From Octopus bimaculoides (Eukaryota), in contig NC_068995.1 of NCBI RefSeq assembly GCF_001194135.2, positions 55,922,079-55,986,078 on the forward strand: a stretch of DNA of 64,000 bases, read 5' to 3'. The stretch's first letter is position 1. Every line of letters starts with the position of its first letter. This document shows positions 24,656 through 38,580 of this stretch, piece after piece. The notes beneath the pieces are model-generated. The model was not told where the DNA came from and searched no databases. It was given only the letters and a program-made list of their open reading frames with translations. Both the position numbers and the translations under genes were made by a program.

Positions 24656-24818
24656 TGATGAAGGCTGGATGGTATATCAGCCAAGACACCTGATGAAGGC
24701 TGGATGGTATATCAGCCGAAACGTTGTGTTAACAACAAACAAGATGAGGACAAATATCCATCAAATGTAAATAATGTAAATAATGCAAATAATTCCTCAT
24801 CTCTTAAATTTCGAACTG
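24656..24818 (+). mobile_element. Penelope-like element terminal repeat (pLTR-type) carrying a hammerhead ribozyme
   Basis: It contains CTGATGA-stem-GAAAC-GTT followed by AACAACAAACAAGATGAGGACAAATATCC..(TAATGTAAA)n..CTCTTAAA..GAACTG. A second copy of the downstream part lies at 58812-58917. The Penelope assignment rests on the hammerhead type; no RT or GIY-YIG coding sequence is seen. Confidence 0.65.
24685..24730 (+). ncRNA. Minimal type I hammerhead ribozyme motif
   Basis: GACAC (stem I) CUGAUGA A GGCUG-GAUGGUAUAU-CAGCC (stem II) GAAA C GU U^ GUGUU (stem I'). All core nucleotides are present, with a 1-nt insertion after A9 and a palindromic ACGU stem III. Confidence 0.75.
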
Positions 24819-26559
24819 AATGTGAAGAGGGAGTTCGATGTATTTAATCAGTGATTTTGAGTTAGTGGTTCTTTTAGGTGTGATGAGACAAGAATCATGA
24901 AAATAAGTATTTACATTTCTTCTGTACAGGAAATTGGTTTCTCTTTATGTGAAAAGAAATATTCATTAATGAGCGCCAGGCTACCAGAGAATATATAAAT
25001 GTTTTTAGATTTAGGGTTTTATCAACAGCATCCATCTCGAAGTTCATGAGCCAAGGAGAGAACCTGTATGGGCATCAGTGGAACCAGGGTGCGATGTTTA
25101 GTATTTGTCAGTTTGATTACCACTGCTGAATTCAAACCCAGAACCTGCATTATGCTTAGTTTTTCAATAATGGAATCGTTTCAGGGTGTTTTTTATCTTC
25201 TTTTAAATACACCAACCAATCAAGGTACAGTTGTTGTTAATATTGTTTAAGTCAAGATCAGTTCTGATTGAGTAGGGCCAGGAATAAATATTTCAAGACG
25301 CTCCAGTTGTATGCATCCCATAATTTTTTTTTTTTTTTTGTCACAACGTCTCCAGATCAACCTAATTTATAAGCTCCTCTTATACCACTCAACAACCGGT
25401 TGTTGGTTTGTTCACATCCCCGTAGCTTATCGGTTCGTCAAAAGATACCGATAGCAGAAGCAGAAAAAAACATCATAAGTACTGGTGTTGACTTATTCGA
25501 CTAAAACCCTTCAAGGCGATGCCCCAGCATGGCCGTCGTCCATTGAGTGAGACCCTTAAAAACCAGAAGATAAAAAGATTATTTGTTTGAAGTTTTAACG
25601 AGAAGTAATAAAGCTGTTGTTGTTGTCGTTTTAGAGGAATCTTCATTAATGAAATAGGCCTATGGTCGAAAGCATTCCAGCACGTTCTTCCCTAGTCCAT
25701 TGCCTATCTTGGACTACATTAACGAATGTGTCTCTTTCGATTTTCAAGAGAGCGTTGCGCGTGATTTGAGGGAGAATTAATTGGGAAGTGTTAATGATGA
25801 TCATGACGCTTGTTGATGCTGTTGGTGTCAATGGTAGTGGTGGTGGTGGAGGAGGAGGAGTGTTTGTTTTGAAGGCAATGATGGTAATATTGATGATGAT
25901 GATGATTGAGACGGAGGTGATGGTGGTAGAATACGTGGTGAGATAGGGGATGTTGATGATGAGGAAGGGGACTGTTGTTGGTGGTGTACCGATAGTGTTG
26001 GTAAAGATGCTGGCGATTTGACGGCGGTGGCGGTGGTAGCTGTGGCGGCGATGATGAGGGCGGTGACGATGACGTTGATGACGATGATGATAAGAATGGT
26101 GGCGGTGGTAGGAAGAAGGAAAGTTTAGAAGTTGTACAAGATGTCATCAGTAATTCTATTGCTTCTCTACGAGAAGAAATGTGATGTCTCCGAACAAGCG
26201 ACGTCGTTGGAATTTCTTTCTCCACAACGTCCCCGCCACCACACTCACATACATCTCCTGTGCACAAGGCCCCACCGCCACCATCATCACCATCGCCGCC
26301 ACCATGGCACCGAACAATATCGCCATCATTTGAATGAGGTCCAGGTCATATTCAATGTTATCTTCAGAATGCACCTGTCAATTAGTAGAAGATTAAGTCC
26401 TCTCGCCACTCATGCCAACCAAAAACCCCTTTATTATTATTATTATTATTATTATTGTTAGTACTTTTTATTTATTTTTTTTATTTTCCAAACTAAAGAA
26501 AGAATTGTTTCCTTCCTCGCTGCTTTGTGAAAAAATATTTCTTCTCCTTTAGGCTTTAT

Positions 26560-27200
26560 GTATTTTCTTTCATTCCTTCGTTGCTTCATTCTTGTATTCA
26601 TTTATTATTTTTTTTTTTTTTAATTTCATTCTTGTAAACTTCCGAATCCTTTTTCGCCCTTTCATTTTTGTCTTTAACTTTCTCTTTTTTTTCTTCTTTT
26701 TATTCTCTCCTTCAATCTTTTCTTTCGTTCGTCTTTTATTCTTTCAAGCGATTGTTTCTTTTATTTTTTCTTGTTTTCTTATTTCTTTTTTATTCTTTCA
26801 GACAATTACTTTCTTTCACTTTTCTTTCATTCTTTTAAGCAATTTTTCCTTTCGTTATTTCTTTCATTCTTTTAAGCAATTTTTCCTTTCGTTCTTTCTT
26901 TCATTCTTCCAAGCGACTTTTCTTTTATTTCCTTCTTTCGACTTTTATTCGTTCAAACCATTTTCTTTCATTTCTTTTTTCTTTCTTTCCTTCCCGTTAT
27001 TCTTTCAAACGATTTTCTTTTTCTTTTCATTTAATCATTTTTTCATTCATTCATTCATACATCCGCTCTAATTTCTTTCCTTCGTTCATTTTTTCACTAT
27101 TTTATTCATTCATTCTTTTCACTTTTAGAATTTTCTGAATTTGTTTCCTACTTTTTTTTTGTTATTTTTACGTTCCTTCCCAACTTTTCTCCCCACCCCA
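26560..27200. repeat. Pyrimidine-strand minisatellite with a 37-bp unit
   Basis: TTTCTTTCATTCTTTTAAGCAATTTTTCCTTTCGTT[A/C] occurs at 26821-26857 and 26858-26894, partially again at 26895, inside about 600 bp of related T/C-rich motifs. Confidence 0.8.
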
Positions 27201-27939
27201 CCCTGGTCTCGTCAACGTCAATCTAACAACACTTGGGTGTACAATAAACAAACGCGAGACTTCGTTCAACGAATCATCATCGTCATCAACGTCGTCACCA
27301 TCTTCGTCGTCGTCGTCGTCGTCGTCATCACAACCACCAAAGTCACCACGTCGTCGCCATAATTGTCGTAATCATCATCAATATTGCTATACTGCTACTA
27401 CCACCACCACTACCACCACAAATAATAATAATAATAATAATAAATTGAACCTTCGTCATCATAATCATTAACATCATCGTCATCGTTTTCGTCATCAACA
27501 TCCTCCGCTTCCTCTTCATTATCGTTAGAAATTTCAAAGTTTGTTTGTTTGTTTATACATTTATTTGTTTATTTATTTCACATGCTGCTTCTTCTTGCTT
27601 CTGCTCTTATTATTGTTATTATTACAATATTAATCAACAACACCATTATAATCGCAGTTGTATTGTCGTTTTTATGGTTATTGTTCTCGTTGTTGTTGTT
27701 GTCGTTGTCGTTGTTATGTTTTTGTTAATATTGTTGTTGTTTTACTATTGTCCTTAACATTGTTGTTAATTTGAAAATTACGCCATTATTTTTTTTTCCT
27801 GTGGGAATGAAATCTTAGTTTTTCTAAAACTGTCATCTTACAATTCACAATTTTTATTTATTTATTTGAAGTTACTGACTGAAATGGTTGTTAAGTGGGC
27901 AAAAAAAAAATGCATGTAAAACAGAAGTTAAAATAATAG

Positions 27940-27977
<38 letters not shown>

Positions 27978-28269
27978 CTTCTGTCCAAAATATGTCTATT
28001 CACCTTAGTGGCAATCTTCGACAACACAGCTCCTTTTCTCTTTCTCTCTCTCTCTCTCTCTTATACATACGTAGCCTCTATAACAACAAACTGCAACAAC
28101 AGTATTTATTGTGCAATTAAAAAAATAATTATAGGTAATGCAATTATAATAGTAATAATAATGGATTCTGTATTTGCACGAGTGACAGACATTACACAAG
28201 GTGGATTGCAGGGCCAGAGAATGTTTTACAACGAGAAAAAACATTATATATATATATATATATATACTC

Positions 28270-28530
28270 TTTTTTTTTACTCTTTTACTTGTTTCAGTCT
28301 TTTGACTGTGGCCATGCTGGAGCACCGCCTTTAGTCGAGCAAATCGACCCCAGGACTTATTCTTTGGAAGCCTAGTACTTATTCTTTCGGTCTCTTTTGC
28401 CGAACCGCTAAGTTACGGGGACATAAACACACCAGCATCGGTTGTCAAGCGATGTTGAGGGGACAAACACAGACATACAAACACATACACACATACATAT
28501 ATATATATATATACATATATACGACAGGCT
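28270..28530 (-). mobile_element. tRNA-derived SINE family B, 3' two-thirds, well preserved; head lost in a gap
   Basis: TTTTACTTGTTTCAGTC..GACTGTGGCCATGCTGGAGCACCGCCTTTAGTCGAGCAAATCGACCCCAGGACTTATTC..GCCGAACCGCTAAGTTACGGG..GGTTGTCAAGCGATG. Confidence 0.85.
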
Positions 28531-28718
28531 NNNNNNNNNNNNNNNNNNNNNNNNNNNNNNNNNNNNNNNNNNNNNNNNNNNNNNNNNNNNNNNNNNNNNN
28601 NNNNNNNNNNNNNNNNNNNNNNNNNNNNNNNNNNNNNNNNNNNNNNNNNNNNNNNNNNNNNNNNNNNNNNNNNNNNNNNNNNNNNNNNNNNNNNNNNNNN
28701 NNNNNNNNNNNNNNNNNN

Positions 28719-28789
<71 letters not shown>

Positions 28790-31509
28790 ATATGTATATG
28801 AAATTGTCACTAAATGTGACCAGGATATTAGAAACATCTACACTGCTAGAAATAAGAGCTAAAATACTCTAATGCTGTAGTCACCGCACATAAATGTAAA
28901 CATATACACTAAGAGACCTTAATCGTCCGAAAAACGCCGATCGAGAATTCTTAATACTGACGTCAGTTTCGAAGATTTCCGTTGCCTCAACTCTGTTGGT
29001 TTGTTTACGTCCCATAACGTAGCAATTCGACAAAAGTGGACGATGGGATAGGAACTAAACTTTAAAGACAACAAATAAGTACTAGGAACAGTTTGTTCGA
29101 CTAAAGCCTTTACCGCGATGCTGTAGCATGGCCGCAGTCTAATGAAACAAGTAAAAGTTATCTAAATGATTGGTCGTTTAAAGTTTGCACCATTTTATTC
29201 TCAATTTTTCTTTTATACATCTTTTACTAAGCTGACCGGTGGTCATTTATGTTACTAAGGTGATTACTCTTTGTCGGAACTTGCATATCACGTGATGTGA
29301 TGGTCAGGCCATTGACTTCGCTTGTTTATTGCTTTTTCGTTTTTATTTGATGATTCATTGTCTTTTTTGTTTGTTTGTTTGCTTTTCAGCGTTTTATTAA
29401 TATCATGTTTAAGTATGTATATGCGTGCGTATGTCTGTGCGTCGTTGCATCACTTTGCGCTTGTATTATTAGCTGTCGAAACATATTAAATATAATTATA
29501 TATATTCTGTATATTTATCTATCTATCTATCTCTTTCTCCTCCTCTCTCTCTCACTCGCTCAATCCATTCATGTTTCTATTAATCCATTCGTCTTCCCCC
29601 TCTCTCTTTCTGATATATCGTGTCTATTGACAAACTAATAAACAGCCATTCAAATTATATCTTTGGAAGTGTGTTCACATATAAAACAAGAAGTTAAAGC
29701 CACTGCTAGAATAAAAGGCATGTCTTGTGATGCATTTCAAGCTATTCAAATTTCTTGTTCAGGACATTTATGATAAATTGTATAAGTTGCTAGCAAAGCA
29801 TTATTCAGGCAAATCGGATTTACCGATATAATGTGGCCAATTGATTCAATAGTTATAAATAGTCATTATCTGTATATCTCTCTGTGGGTAGATAAATCAA
29901 AGTATATGTTCCCTGAGGAAATTCTTACTGGGACCAAAACCGGGTCAAGGCAACTACTGTCAACAGATAAATGAAAGATATCTGTTGCAGGTGTTTGTTA
30001 CAAATATATAAAGGTACCTACCTTAAAATAAGTACATATATATATATATATATATATANNNNNNNNNNNNNNNNNNNNNNNNNNNNNNNNNNNNNNNNNN
30101 NNNNNNNNNNNNNNNNNNNNNNNNNNNNNNNNNNNNNNNNNNNNNNNNNNNNNNNNNNNNNNNNNNNNNNNNNNNNNNNNNNNNNNNNNNNNNNNNNNNN
30201 NNNNNNNNNNNNNNNNNNNNNNNNNNNNNNNNNNNNNNNNNNNNNNNNNNNNNNNNNNNNNNNNNNNNNNNNNNNNNNNNNNNNNNNNNNNNNNNNNNNN
30301 NNNNNNNNNNNNNNNNNNNNNNNNNNNNNNNNNNNNNNNNNNNNNNNNNNNNNNNNNNNNNNNNNNNNNNNNNNNNNNNNNNNNNNNNNNNNNNNNNNNN
30401 NNNNNNNNNNNNNNNNNNNNNNNNNNNNNNNNNNNNNNNNNNNNNNNNNNNNNNNNNNNNNNNNNNNNATGCATGTATAACACGGTGTGTGTATGTATAA
30501 TATATAGCACGTTGTGTATATGTATATATATATATGCATATATATAACATGGTGTATGTATATAAATATATATGGTATATATTTGTTTATATATAATATA
30601 TACATACATATGCGATGTGTATGTATGTACGTATATATTTATATGTATATTTATGTGTATATATACGCACGCGCACACATGTAACAACTACTGCATAACT
30701 AACATGTCATAGCATCGTCTTCGTCGACCGACAATACCATACCAACCATGATCATAGCCCCAAACCTAACTTCACCAGTCCGACCACCACCACCAACAAC
30801 AAGAACAACAACAACCACAACAGTACGATTACTACAATTGCAATGGCAAACAAGTTTCCATTCCCAATACCAGTTCATCTTTCACTCCACATATTGGGGA
30901 TATTCAACCCATTCCTTAATCAACTGTGTGTGCAGTATTTCATTTCCACAAGAGATAATAAGTTAGATACAGGCAACCGTTCTTCATCTTGGAATTGGCT
31001 TCATTCTAGAATTGCAGCTTAGACGATCCGTTTCCACAATTTTCTGTCACTTAATCTTAGTCGTGTTTAAACAGCAAAAATCTAGTTAAGTGTTTAATTG
31101 GGTTTTGGGTAAAATCCAACAGTTTGTGGTGTGGGAAGTGATATTAGCAGAGAGAAGTTTCACACGTTAGGTGGAGCCACCGTAGAATAAACGGAAACCA
31201 TTTCTGGCCGACCGGTCGAAATCGAACTTGATTAAATCATGACCTGTGTGTGTGTGTGTGCGCGCGCGCGTCTGTGTGTTTGTACGCATTTGTGCAGTGG
31301 TTTGTATGTATGTATCTATGTTAAATGCACGTATGATGTACATCTATATATCGAAGTTTGTATTTCTGGGTGTATGTATGTATTTATGTATACATATTTA
31401 AAACTATGTACACACACGCACGCACGCACGCACGCACGCGCGCGCACATACACGCATGCACACGTGTGTTCAGGTATGTATAAATGTATGGAACAACGTC
31501 TGTGTGCAC

Positions 31510-31566
<57 letters not shown>

Positions 31567-31834
31567 CACACACACACACACACACACACATAAACATATG
31601 CATACACACAGATATATAGTTTTAGATGAATATTTCTAATGTATAATACTTCAACGCTACAGATTGCGTGTGCGCGCATGTGTTTTGTGTGCATCACTTC
31701 GGAAACGAAGATGTCCTTGAAAATGCACCATGTTTTTGTTAATCGTTTGGCTTGCCTATGAAGCTGGACGCCGACGTAGTCACCTTCTCGACTGGCATAC
31801 ACACAAACACGAGTACGTACATTATCACATTATG

Positions 31835-31876
<42 letters not shown>

Positions 31877-32345
31877 ATTTTGTGTGTCTGTTTATGTATG
31901 TAAACCTATACGTCCATATACATACAGGTGCGTGGTTATAAGCCATTTCTCTCAGATACACTGGGATGCATCATAAGTCTTCCTGGGGTCGTAGGAAATT
32001 TCATGTCATCCAGCATTAACCCCTCTCGTCCTTAAGTAATCAACTCCCGACTTTCATCAGAGCCTGTCAGGAAACCGCTAGCTTGTCGTCTTTATCTGAA
32101 GCTCCCCCCCCCCACCCAACCTCCGGAATTTCTTTGGAGCTTCGGAACGCATACTGACGGAACGCATACGCCAATTCTCTTTGCTTCACAAGCCATTCCG
32201 CGCCGAGTCAGAATTCTTCAATAATCATAGCCCTCCCCTTTGTCATTCTGAAACATTCTGTGAGTCGGTGAGTTTTTATGAAGTTTATAGAATTGAGAAA
32301 GAGTGCGGGTTATGTTTTTAAAATTGACTGACAGATGGCATAGCG

Positions 32346-33427
32346 TTGTTTGAAAGCATTAGATTAGCTTTAATCAGGTGTTCCACGTTGAATGCATTTG
32401 TAGAATTCATTCAACACCTTAAAATGACTTTTAGATTTCAGTTGACTCAACCAAAACTATTTAAAAACCAAATGGAGTGGATTCTTCGGATCACTGTATC
32501 CCATTTTGATAGGAACAAATGTAAATGTGATTCTAAATATGGATTTTATGGATATATGCATGCATCATCGAAATGCTCTGGATTTTGTAAAACTTGTGGA
32601 AAAATAAAGACTCTCTCTTCTGTGGGATGCAGAGAGGCTGACACGTGATCGTCAGCAGTGGAGAGCACTGGTGGACCTGGTTGGATCTACGCATTATAAC
32701 GCCTTTGTGACCATTTACTATGAATGACCCCCAGCTCCATCAAGCAAGAGCATGAAGCCAAGTTTTGAATAGAATGTAAATCTACAAAAAGGTTCAAGAA
32801 ATTGGAAAAGGAAGAATTTTCAGTTATTTATGAAATTGGCATAAAAATACTACAATGGTCGATATGAAACGCAAAAATGTTAGTTAAAATATAAGCTGAC
32901 ACTGGTAACTATAATGCTTCGGTACTTCGGAATGGATTTGAATAAACCGAGATTCTGAAAATGTAATTTCAAGCTAAAAATAATTTGATGGATCACTCGT
33001 TGAAATTTCGAGCAAGTTTGAAGAATTAATGGAAACTGATAAAAAGAAAAAAAGGTTGTGAGTGTTATTGCTGCTGACTATAAAAGCAAAAAAAAAAAAA
33101 AAGGGTTTGTTTGGTATGGACGTGATGAATGTTGAGAGTTCAACATTAATTCTTGAGATTAAAGCTTTATGACAATTTAGAAGATTAGGAGGTTTCAAGG
33201 CTAACATTCTTCTCAAAGGAAATATCTGGCCATGTTGTTTTGAGGCGAAATCATTACTAATGCACATTAAACAATTAGTCAGAGGCTGAAGAAACTAATT
33301 AATGAAGGTCTTTTAGAAGTTCCACCCGGAAGGAATAAATGAGTTGCTTCTTTAATGGTTGTGCGAAAATCAGATGAAGATTCCAGAATATGTGGAGACT
33401 ATAAAGTAAGAGTAAATGAAAGAATTT
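32346..33427 (+). mobile_element. Decayed Ty3/Gypsy LTR retrotransposon relic (gag knuckle, protease and RT N-terminus)
   Basis: 33187-33427 reads GGFKANILLKG..EGLLEVPPGRNK*VASLMVVRKSDEDSRICGDYKVRVNERI, a Gypsy RT start with the ICGDYK motif. A DTG protease motif lies at 32898-32906. A knuckle-like YGFYGYMHASSKC..CKTCGK lies at 32538-32606. Several stops and frameshifts are present. Confidence 0.8.
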
Positions 33428-33492
33428 AGAGGTCAATAAGAATCATATTCTTAAACTCTGAGCACTGAATCAATATTTCATTCTCTTTCTCT

Positions 33493-33569
<77 letters not shown>

Positions 33570-34592
33570 ACGAGTCATTTTGTTAAATTGGATTTGAAGA
33601 GGACGCGTATCATCAGATAGAAATATATTCTGATGCAAGAAAAACAATAAATACATCAACAAGTCTTTTTACATGTTTTCCGCATGGAATTCGTCAAACA
33701 GTGCAATGTTTCATGGAGGGACCGAACATGTTGCAAATGGCAATTTTGGAGATTTTGTTTATCACAGAAAATATCGGTGGTAAAAATGTCGGATGTTTAC
33801 GTCTTTTGGTGGTGCAGTTTTGGTTGTGAGGTTAAGAAGCCCGCTTTGCAACCACATACTTTAGGGAAATCATACGATCTCCTTTTCTAATAATGGTTAT
33901 CAACTTTGGATTTCATTTCGAAAGGTACTATAGTCATGAAACGATCGTAAGATCTCTCAAATCTTTTTAAATAATCATAGTTCTACTTTATATAGTCATT
34001 TATTAATACAATATTATTTATATTATGGACGGATATCTTCTGTGATTTTTCGATGTAATTTTCCCTGCTTTTACTTTCTAATAACACGACGAGCTTTTTC
34101 CAGTTTCCGTCTACCAAATCCACTCACAAGGTCACACAGCCACTCCTGCGCCTATGTGTATGTATTTTGTGTAATGTATGTATGTAGGGATTGCTAGTAG
34201 ATATCAGTGTAAAATATATGCATCGATAAGGACAAGACAATATTTACAGACAAACATGTCTTCTTGTAATAAAACCCACCAAATTGCACAAAGGCCCTTA
34301 TTGGTCTCCCGTCATCGTAAAAGCAGACAGTCAGTGATTATTACATGAAATAATTGCTACACACGACATAAATTTTTACGAAACAGAATAAAAAATAAAG
34401 ACATCACATCCATAATTAATCCACCAAATTTTTTCCATGCATTTGCCATTTTAACTTGATCAAAATTCAGTTATTTCTAGCGAATCATTTCAACACGCAG
34501 AAGATGCGTCCCTCATTCACTGCGTCTAAAATTCTATGCTAGGCTGTGGCCTGCGAACGTTTATACTAATATACATTGGATGACAACCTATT

Positions 34593-34643
<51 letters not shown>

Positions 34644-36251
34644 GAATTTGATAGCTGCAAAATAATCATGAAAAGAAACTATGAAACGTCACAACAGCAT
34701 GTATAACAAATGGTTACAACAATAACAGGAATAGCAATGACAATAATAATAATAATGATAATAATAATTTAAACTAATTTGTGTTTATATTCCAAGTAAA
34801 TCATAAGGCATTGTTTGATGCTTCCAGCAGTAGACAATTTCATCGACTTTTGCATTCTGAAATCATTTGATTTTCGGTAATAAACGAAATATTTTATATC
34901 ATTATTACTAAAGATAATAATATTTTATATATAAACGCGGAGAGATTCTTTTTTAATTTATGCTTTATTTTTGTAGTTTATTTTCTTTATTCTGTTTGAC
35001 TTTATATACATACAATGTGTGTGTGTGTGTGTGTGTTTAGACAGAGAGAGAGACAGACCTTCACAGATATTGGTGTGTGTGTATTATATATATATATATG
35101 TGTGTGTGTGTGTGAGAGAGTGGGAGAGAGAGATAAAACAGTAAGATATTTGATAACATTATCAAAACTAATACTGGAATATCTATTATTAACGAAGGTC
35201 TGTTTTTATTCGTTTTGTTATTGTTATGTGGTTTTTATTGGATAATACACGTTGAGATCATCTACAATCTATTTTATTGTAAACTGTCATCACATACACA
35301 CATAAATAGATGTTTGCTTATGCACACATACATATATACTTATATACATACATACATACATATAGAAACGTCTCTGTAGAGGCTGTTATAGGCATATCTG
35401 GACATCTGTTGCTGATCGTTGAATGACCGGTGATGATTTGTTGTTGTTTAGACTATGGTCAGACAAATCATCGAGCAGACCAGTGAACAAGAGCATTTCA
35501 CCTCTTACACTCTTGTTTTTTCCCAATGTGCTAGGAACCTAGAACCACATTATTCAATCTATCCGTCTACAAGTCAGTATGTTGTAATTTGAGAAACGTG
35601 GTTGGTTACTCTTTCTACCACGTGGAGGGACCGTTTACTGACTCCTTTGTTGGTTTGTTGTTCTATCTTATTTTTTCAGTTTCAGTCATTTGACTGCGGC
35701 CATGTTGGTGCACCGCTTTGACGGATTTTAGTCGAGCAAGTCACCTCCAAAAAGCTTAATAGCATTCCCATAAGTTTTACATTTTTCTACCCAAATTGCT
35801 AGATTCATGTTCTCCATATTCAATCACATATATTATTCTATTGTATACTTAATCTTTATAAAATGTTTTTTAAAATTTAGGCACAAGGTCTGCAGTTCCG
35901 AGGGCAGGGTGTAAGATAGCACCATTGCTTCGAGTATTTGAATGGTACTTGATTTTTATCGGACCGTGAAGAGAGGAAAGGTGGGAACTGAACTCGGAAT
36001 GCTAGGAGCCGAAACAAATACCGTATTTTCCGACAAGTCGAATTTTTCAAACCAAAATTTACAAGCAAAACAAGTCGATCGACTTATACACTCCAAATTC
36101 CATGTGAAATGCAGAAGAATTCGGAAAGATATCGATGACGTTTAAACATTTGCACCATACACAAAGTTAACTTGTTTGCCGAAAAATACGGTGTCACAGA
36201 GCATTTTCATCGGACAATCTAACGCCTCTGCCAGCTCACTGCTTTATTTTT

Positions 36252-36447
36252 TAAGGCTGGCAGAATTATTAGAGCATGGAAAATATGCTTTGGGATATGT
36301 TTTGGCTCTTTTGTTCTGAGTTCAAATACTGTTGAGGTCTGCTTTACTTTTGTTTATGCAGGGTCGATAAAATAAAGTACAAGTTAATGACATCAACACA
36401 CCCCTTCCCTCAAACTAGCTGGCCTTGTACCTAAATCAGAAACCATT
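36252..36447 (+). mobile_element. SINE family A copy (decayed), head-to-head with a minus-strand head at about 36190-36245
   Basis: AAGGCTGGCAGAATTATTAG..GTTCTGAGTTCAAATAC..GGGTCGATAAAATAAAGTAC..GGCCTTGTACCTAAATCAGAAACC. Confidence 0.7.
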
Positions 36448-37324
36448 ATATAATTAATTTTCTTTTTCATTTTGAATTCTCTTAAATTATCTATTCTCCT
36501 CCTCCACCTGTCCTTTCCCCAAATTCAAAGCCACTAAAATCTGTCGCAAATAAAACCGGAGTTAGTTGATGGTTATTTTTCGTGCGTGGATTTCTCTATC
36601 AGCCGGACGGCCAACTCTTGTTTCCTGTTAAACAAATGTAAACTACTAGCTTGACCATTATTCTTTTATTACTTTTCAGTGTAATCACAAGTTTGGCGGT
36701 GTCTTGAATTGTTAATTATATAAATGGTAATCACAGATGTGACAATTCTCACCGTAGTTGCATAATTGACCAGCACGAAGTCGACGAGTACTGCTACATT
36801 GAACTTGGCTTTGCATTCTTTGCTAAGCCGAAACTCAGCACTCGCAACAAGCCAATAACCTCGCACGGAATGTCATCAAAATTCACAGCTGATAATTGCT
36901 GATTCCAATCTAATATTTACCGATTCCAAATGCTAATTAGACATTACAAATTTCGTATTATCGATTCCAAAGTACTATTGATTCCAGTTTAACGATTTGA
37001 GTTGCAGCTATGGTGCCAATGATAGTCAACTAAATATCGATGGTTTGTGTATATTAGATTTCGTAAGAAATTGTTTGAAAAGTCAATTCATTTGATGAGT
37101 GAGATTTTCATAATAAAATGAAATCTAATTAATACATGGGTAAACAGAAGGTGGCGAATTGGCTGAAGCGTTAGCTCGCTGAACTTATCCCCGTTTAAGC
37201 TTGACACTCTGCGTTCTGAGTTCAAATCCAACAAAAGTCGATTTTTATTTCCTTCTGTGATCGGTCGATTGTTTTCTCACCTCTTTCAAATATTAACCTC
37301 TTGTTTAATCTATATGTATATTTG

Positions 37325-37685
37325 AAGGCGTGAGCATACCTGTATGGTTAAGAAGCTCGCTTTGCAACTAAGTGGTTTTGAGATCGGTTCCATAGTGCAG
37401 CAGCTTTGGCAAGTGTCTTTTATGATATGCTTTGTAAGGGAACTTGATCGATGGAATCTGTGTGGAAACCCGTTGAATATATGTGTGTGTTTGTCCACCA
37501 TCGCTTGACAACTGGAATTTGTTTGGCTAGTTTGTTTACGTCTCCGTAACTGAGTAGTTTAGCAAAAGTAACCGATAGAATATGTTCCAGACTTAAAACT
37601 GCGTAACTAGCGGGAACGAGTGGTTCGATTAAACCCTTCAAAACGGTACCCCAGCATGGCCACAATTCAATGCATGGAACAAGCT
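37325..37685 (+). mobile_element. SINE family B copy (decayed), preceded by a family A head at about 37148-37270
   Basis: AGGCGTGAGCATACCTGTATGGTTAAGAAGCTCGC..GGCAAGTGTCTT..CCATCGCTTGACAAC..CCCCAGCATGGCCACA. Confidence 0.7.
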
Positions 37686-38541
37686 GTATTTACGGGAGGT
37701 GGAGAGAAGACTCGCACTCAATACTTGATTAGTACTTTATTTATCGATAAATGGACCCCGGCTAGATTTGAACCCAAAAGGCAAATGATCGTGACAAATG
37801 CTGCAAGACATTCGATCCCATGTTCCAATGACTCTGTCATTCTACTGCCTCAGAATTTTACTCCTTATTTTATTGACACTGGACGGATGAAAGCTGGAAT
37901 TTATATCTGCCCCAATTTGAACACAGAAGTTAAAAACGAAAACGTAGCTAAATTTCCAGAGATATTTTGTCTCAACCTCTACCGATTCTGGAGGGAAAAA
38001 AATCACTGTCCACATTCCATCCACCTTACACGGCAGAAATTAATGAATGGGTGAACACTGTAATACTCGAACCAGTTATCGTCTGGTTGGTTTATTAGCA
38101 TTCTCGATCTTACGTTTGCTAAATGTATTCGAATTTATATTCAAATTATGCAACCAACCAGCTTGGTGATGATCCACTTTTTATCATTTATTTGAAAGCG
38201 AGGCTCCTTATTCCTCAAAGATCATGACCTCACTTGAGGTCGATGAGTATTAGGATTGGGATCGAGAGGTCAACGGAATTTGAAATGTGCAATTACGGCG
38301 AAAACTATTAAACCCGTGAATGATTTTATACCTCCATCATGACGATTAATCCTGCCACAGTCAGTAAGACGCATCGACGTTTCTACATTACGTACATGCA
38401 TGTTTACGCGCATATACGCATGCGTATGTGCATGCATGCTCCTGTAGATACATGTGTGCCATACATGCGTAAGATACATGCATTTCATATACATATACAT
38501 ATATACTGACATACGCTAAGACATGAGAATATACAAATATA

Positions 38542-38580
<39 letters not shown>

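Noticed and set aside
26337-26348. AGGTCCAGGTCA nuclear-receptor DR0-like site
   Set aside because: A single imperfect 12-mer with no supporting context.
28935-29000. Palindrome ACTGACGTCAGT (28956-28967); on the minus strand CGAAA-CUGACGUCAG-UA resembles a hammerhead stem III
   Set aside because: The upstream CUGANGA box is degenerate (TTGAGGC) and stems I and II do not form. As a lone CRE site it is also unsupported.
31955-32280. Possible mariner-like left end with a 12-bp direct repeat (CGGAACGCATAC at 32143 and 32158)
   Set aside because: I found no matching right TIR or transposase codons, so it cannot be classified.
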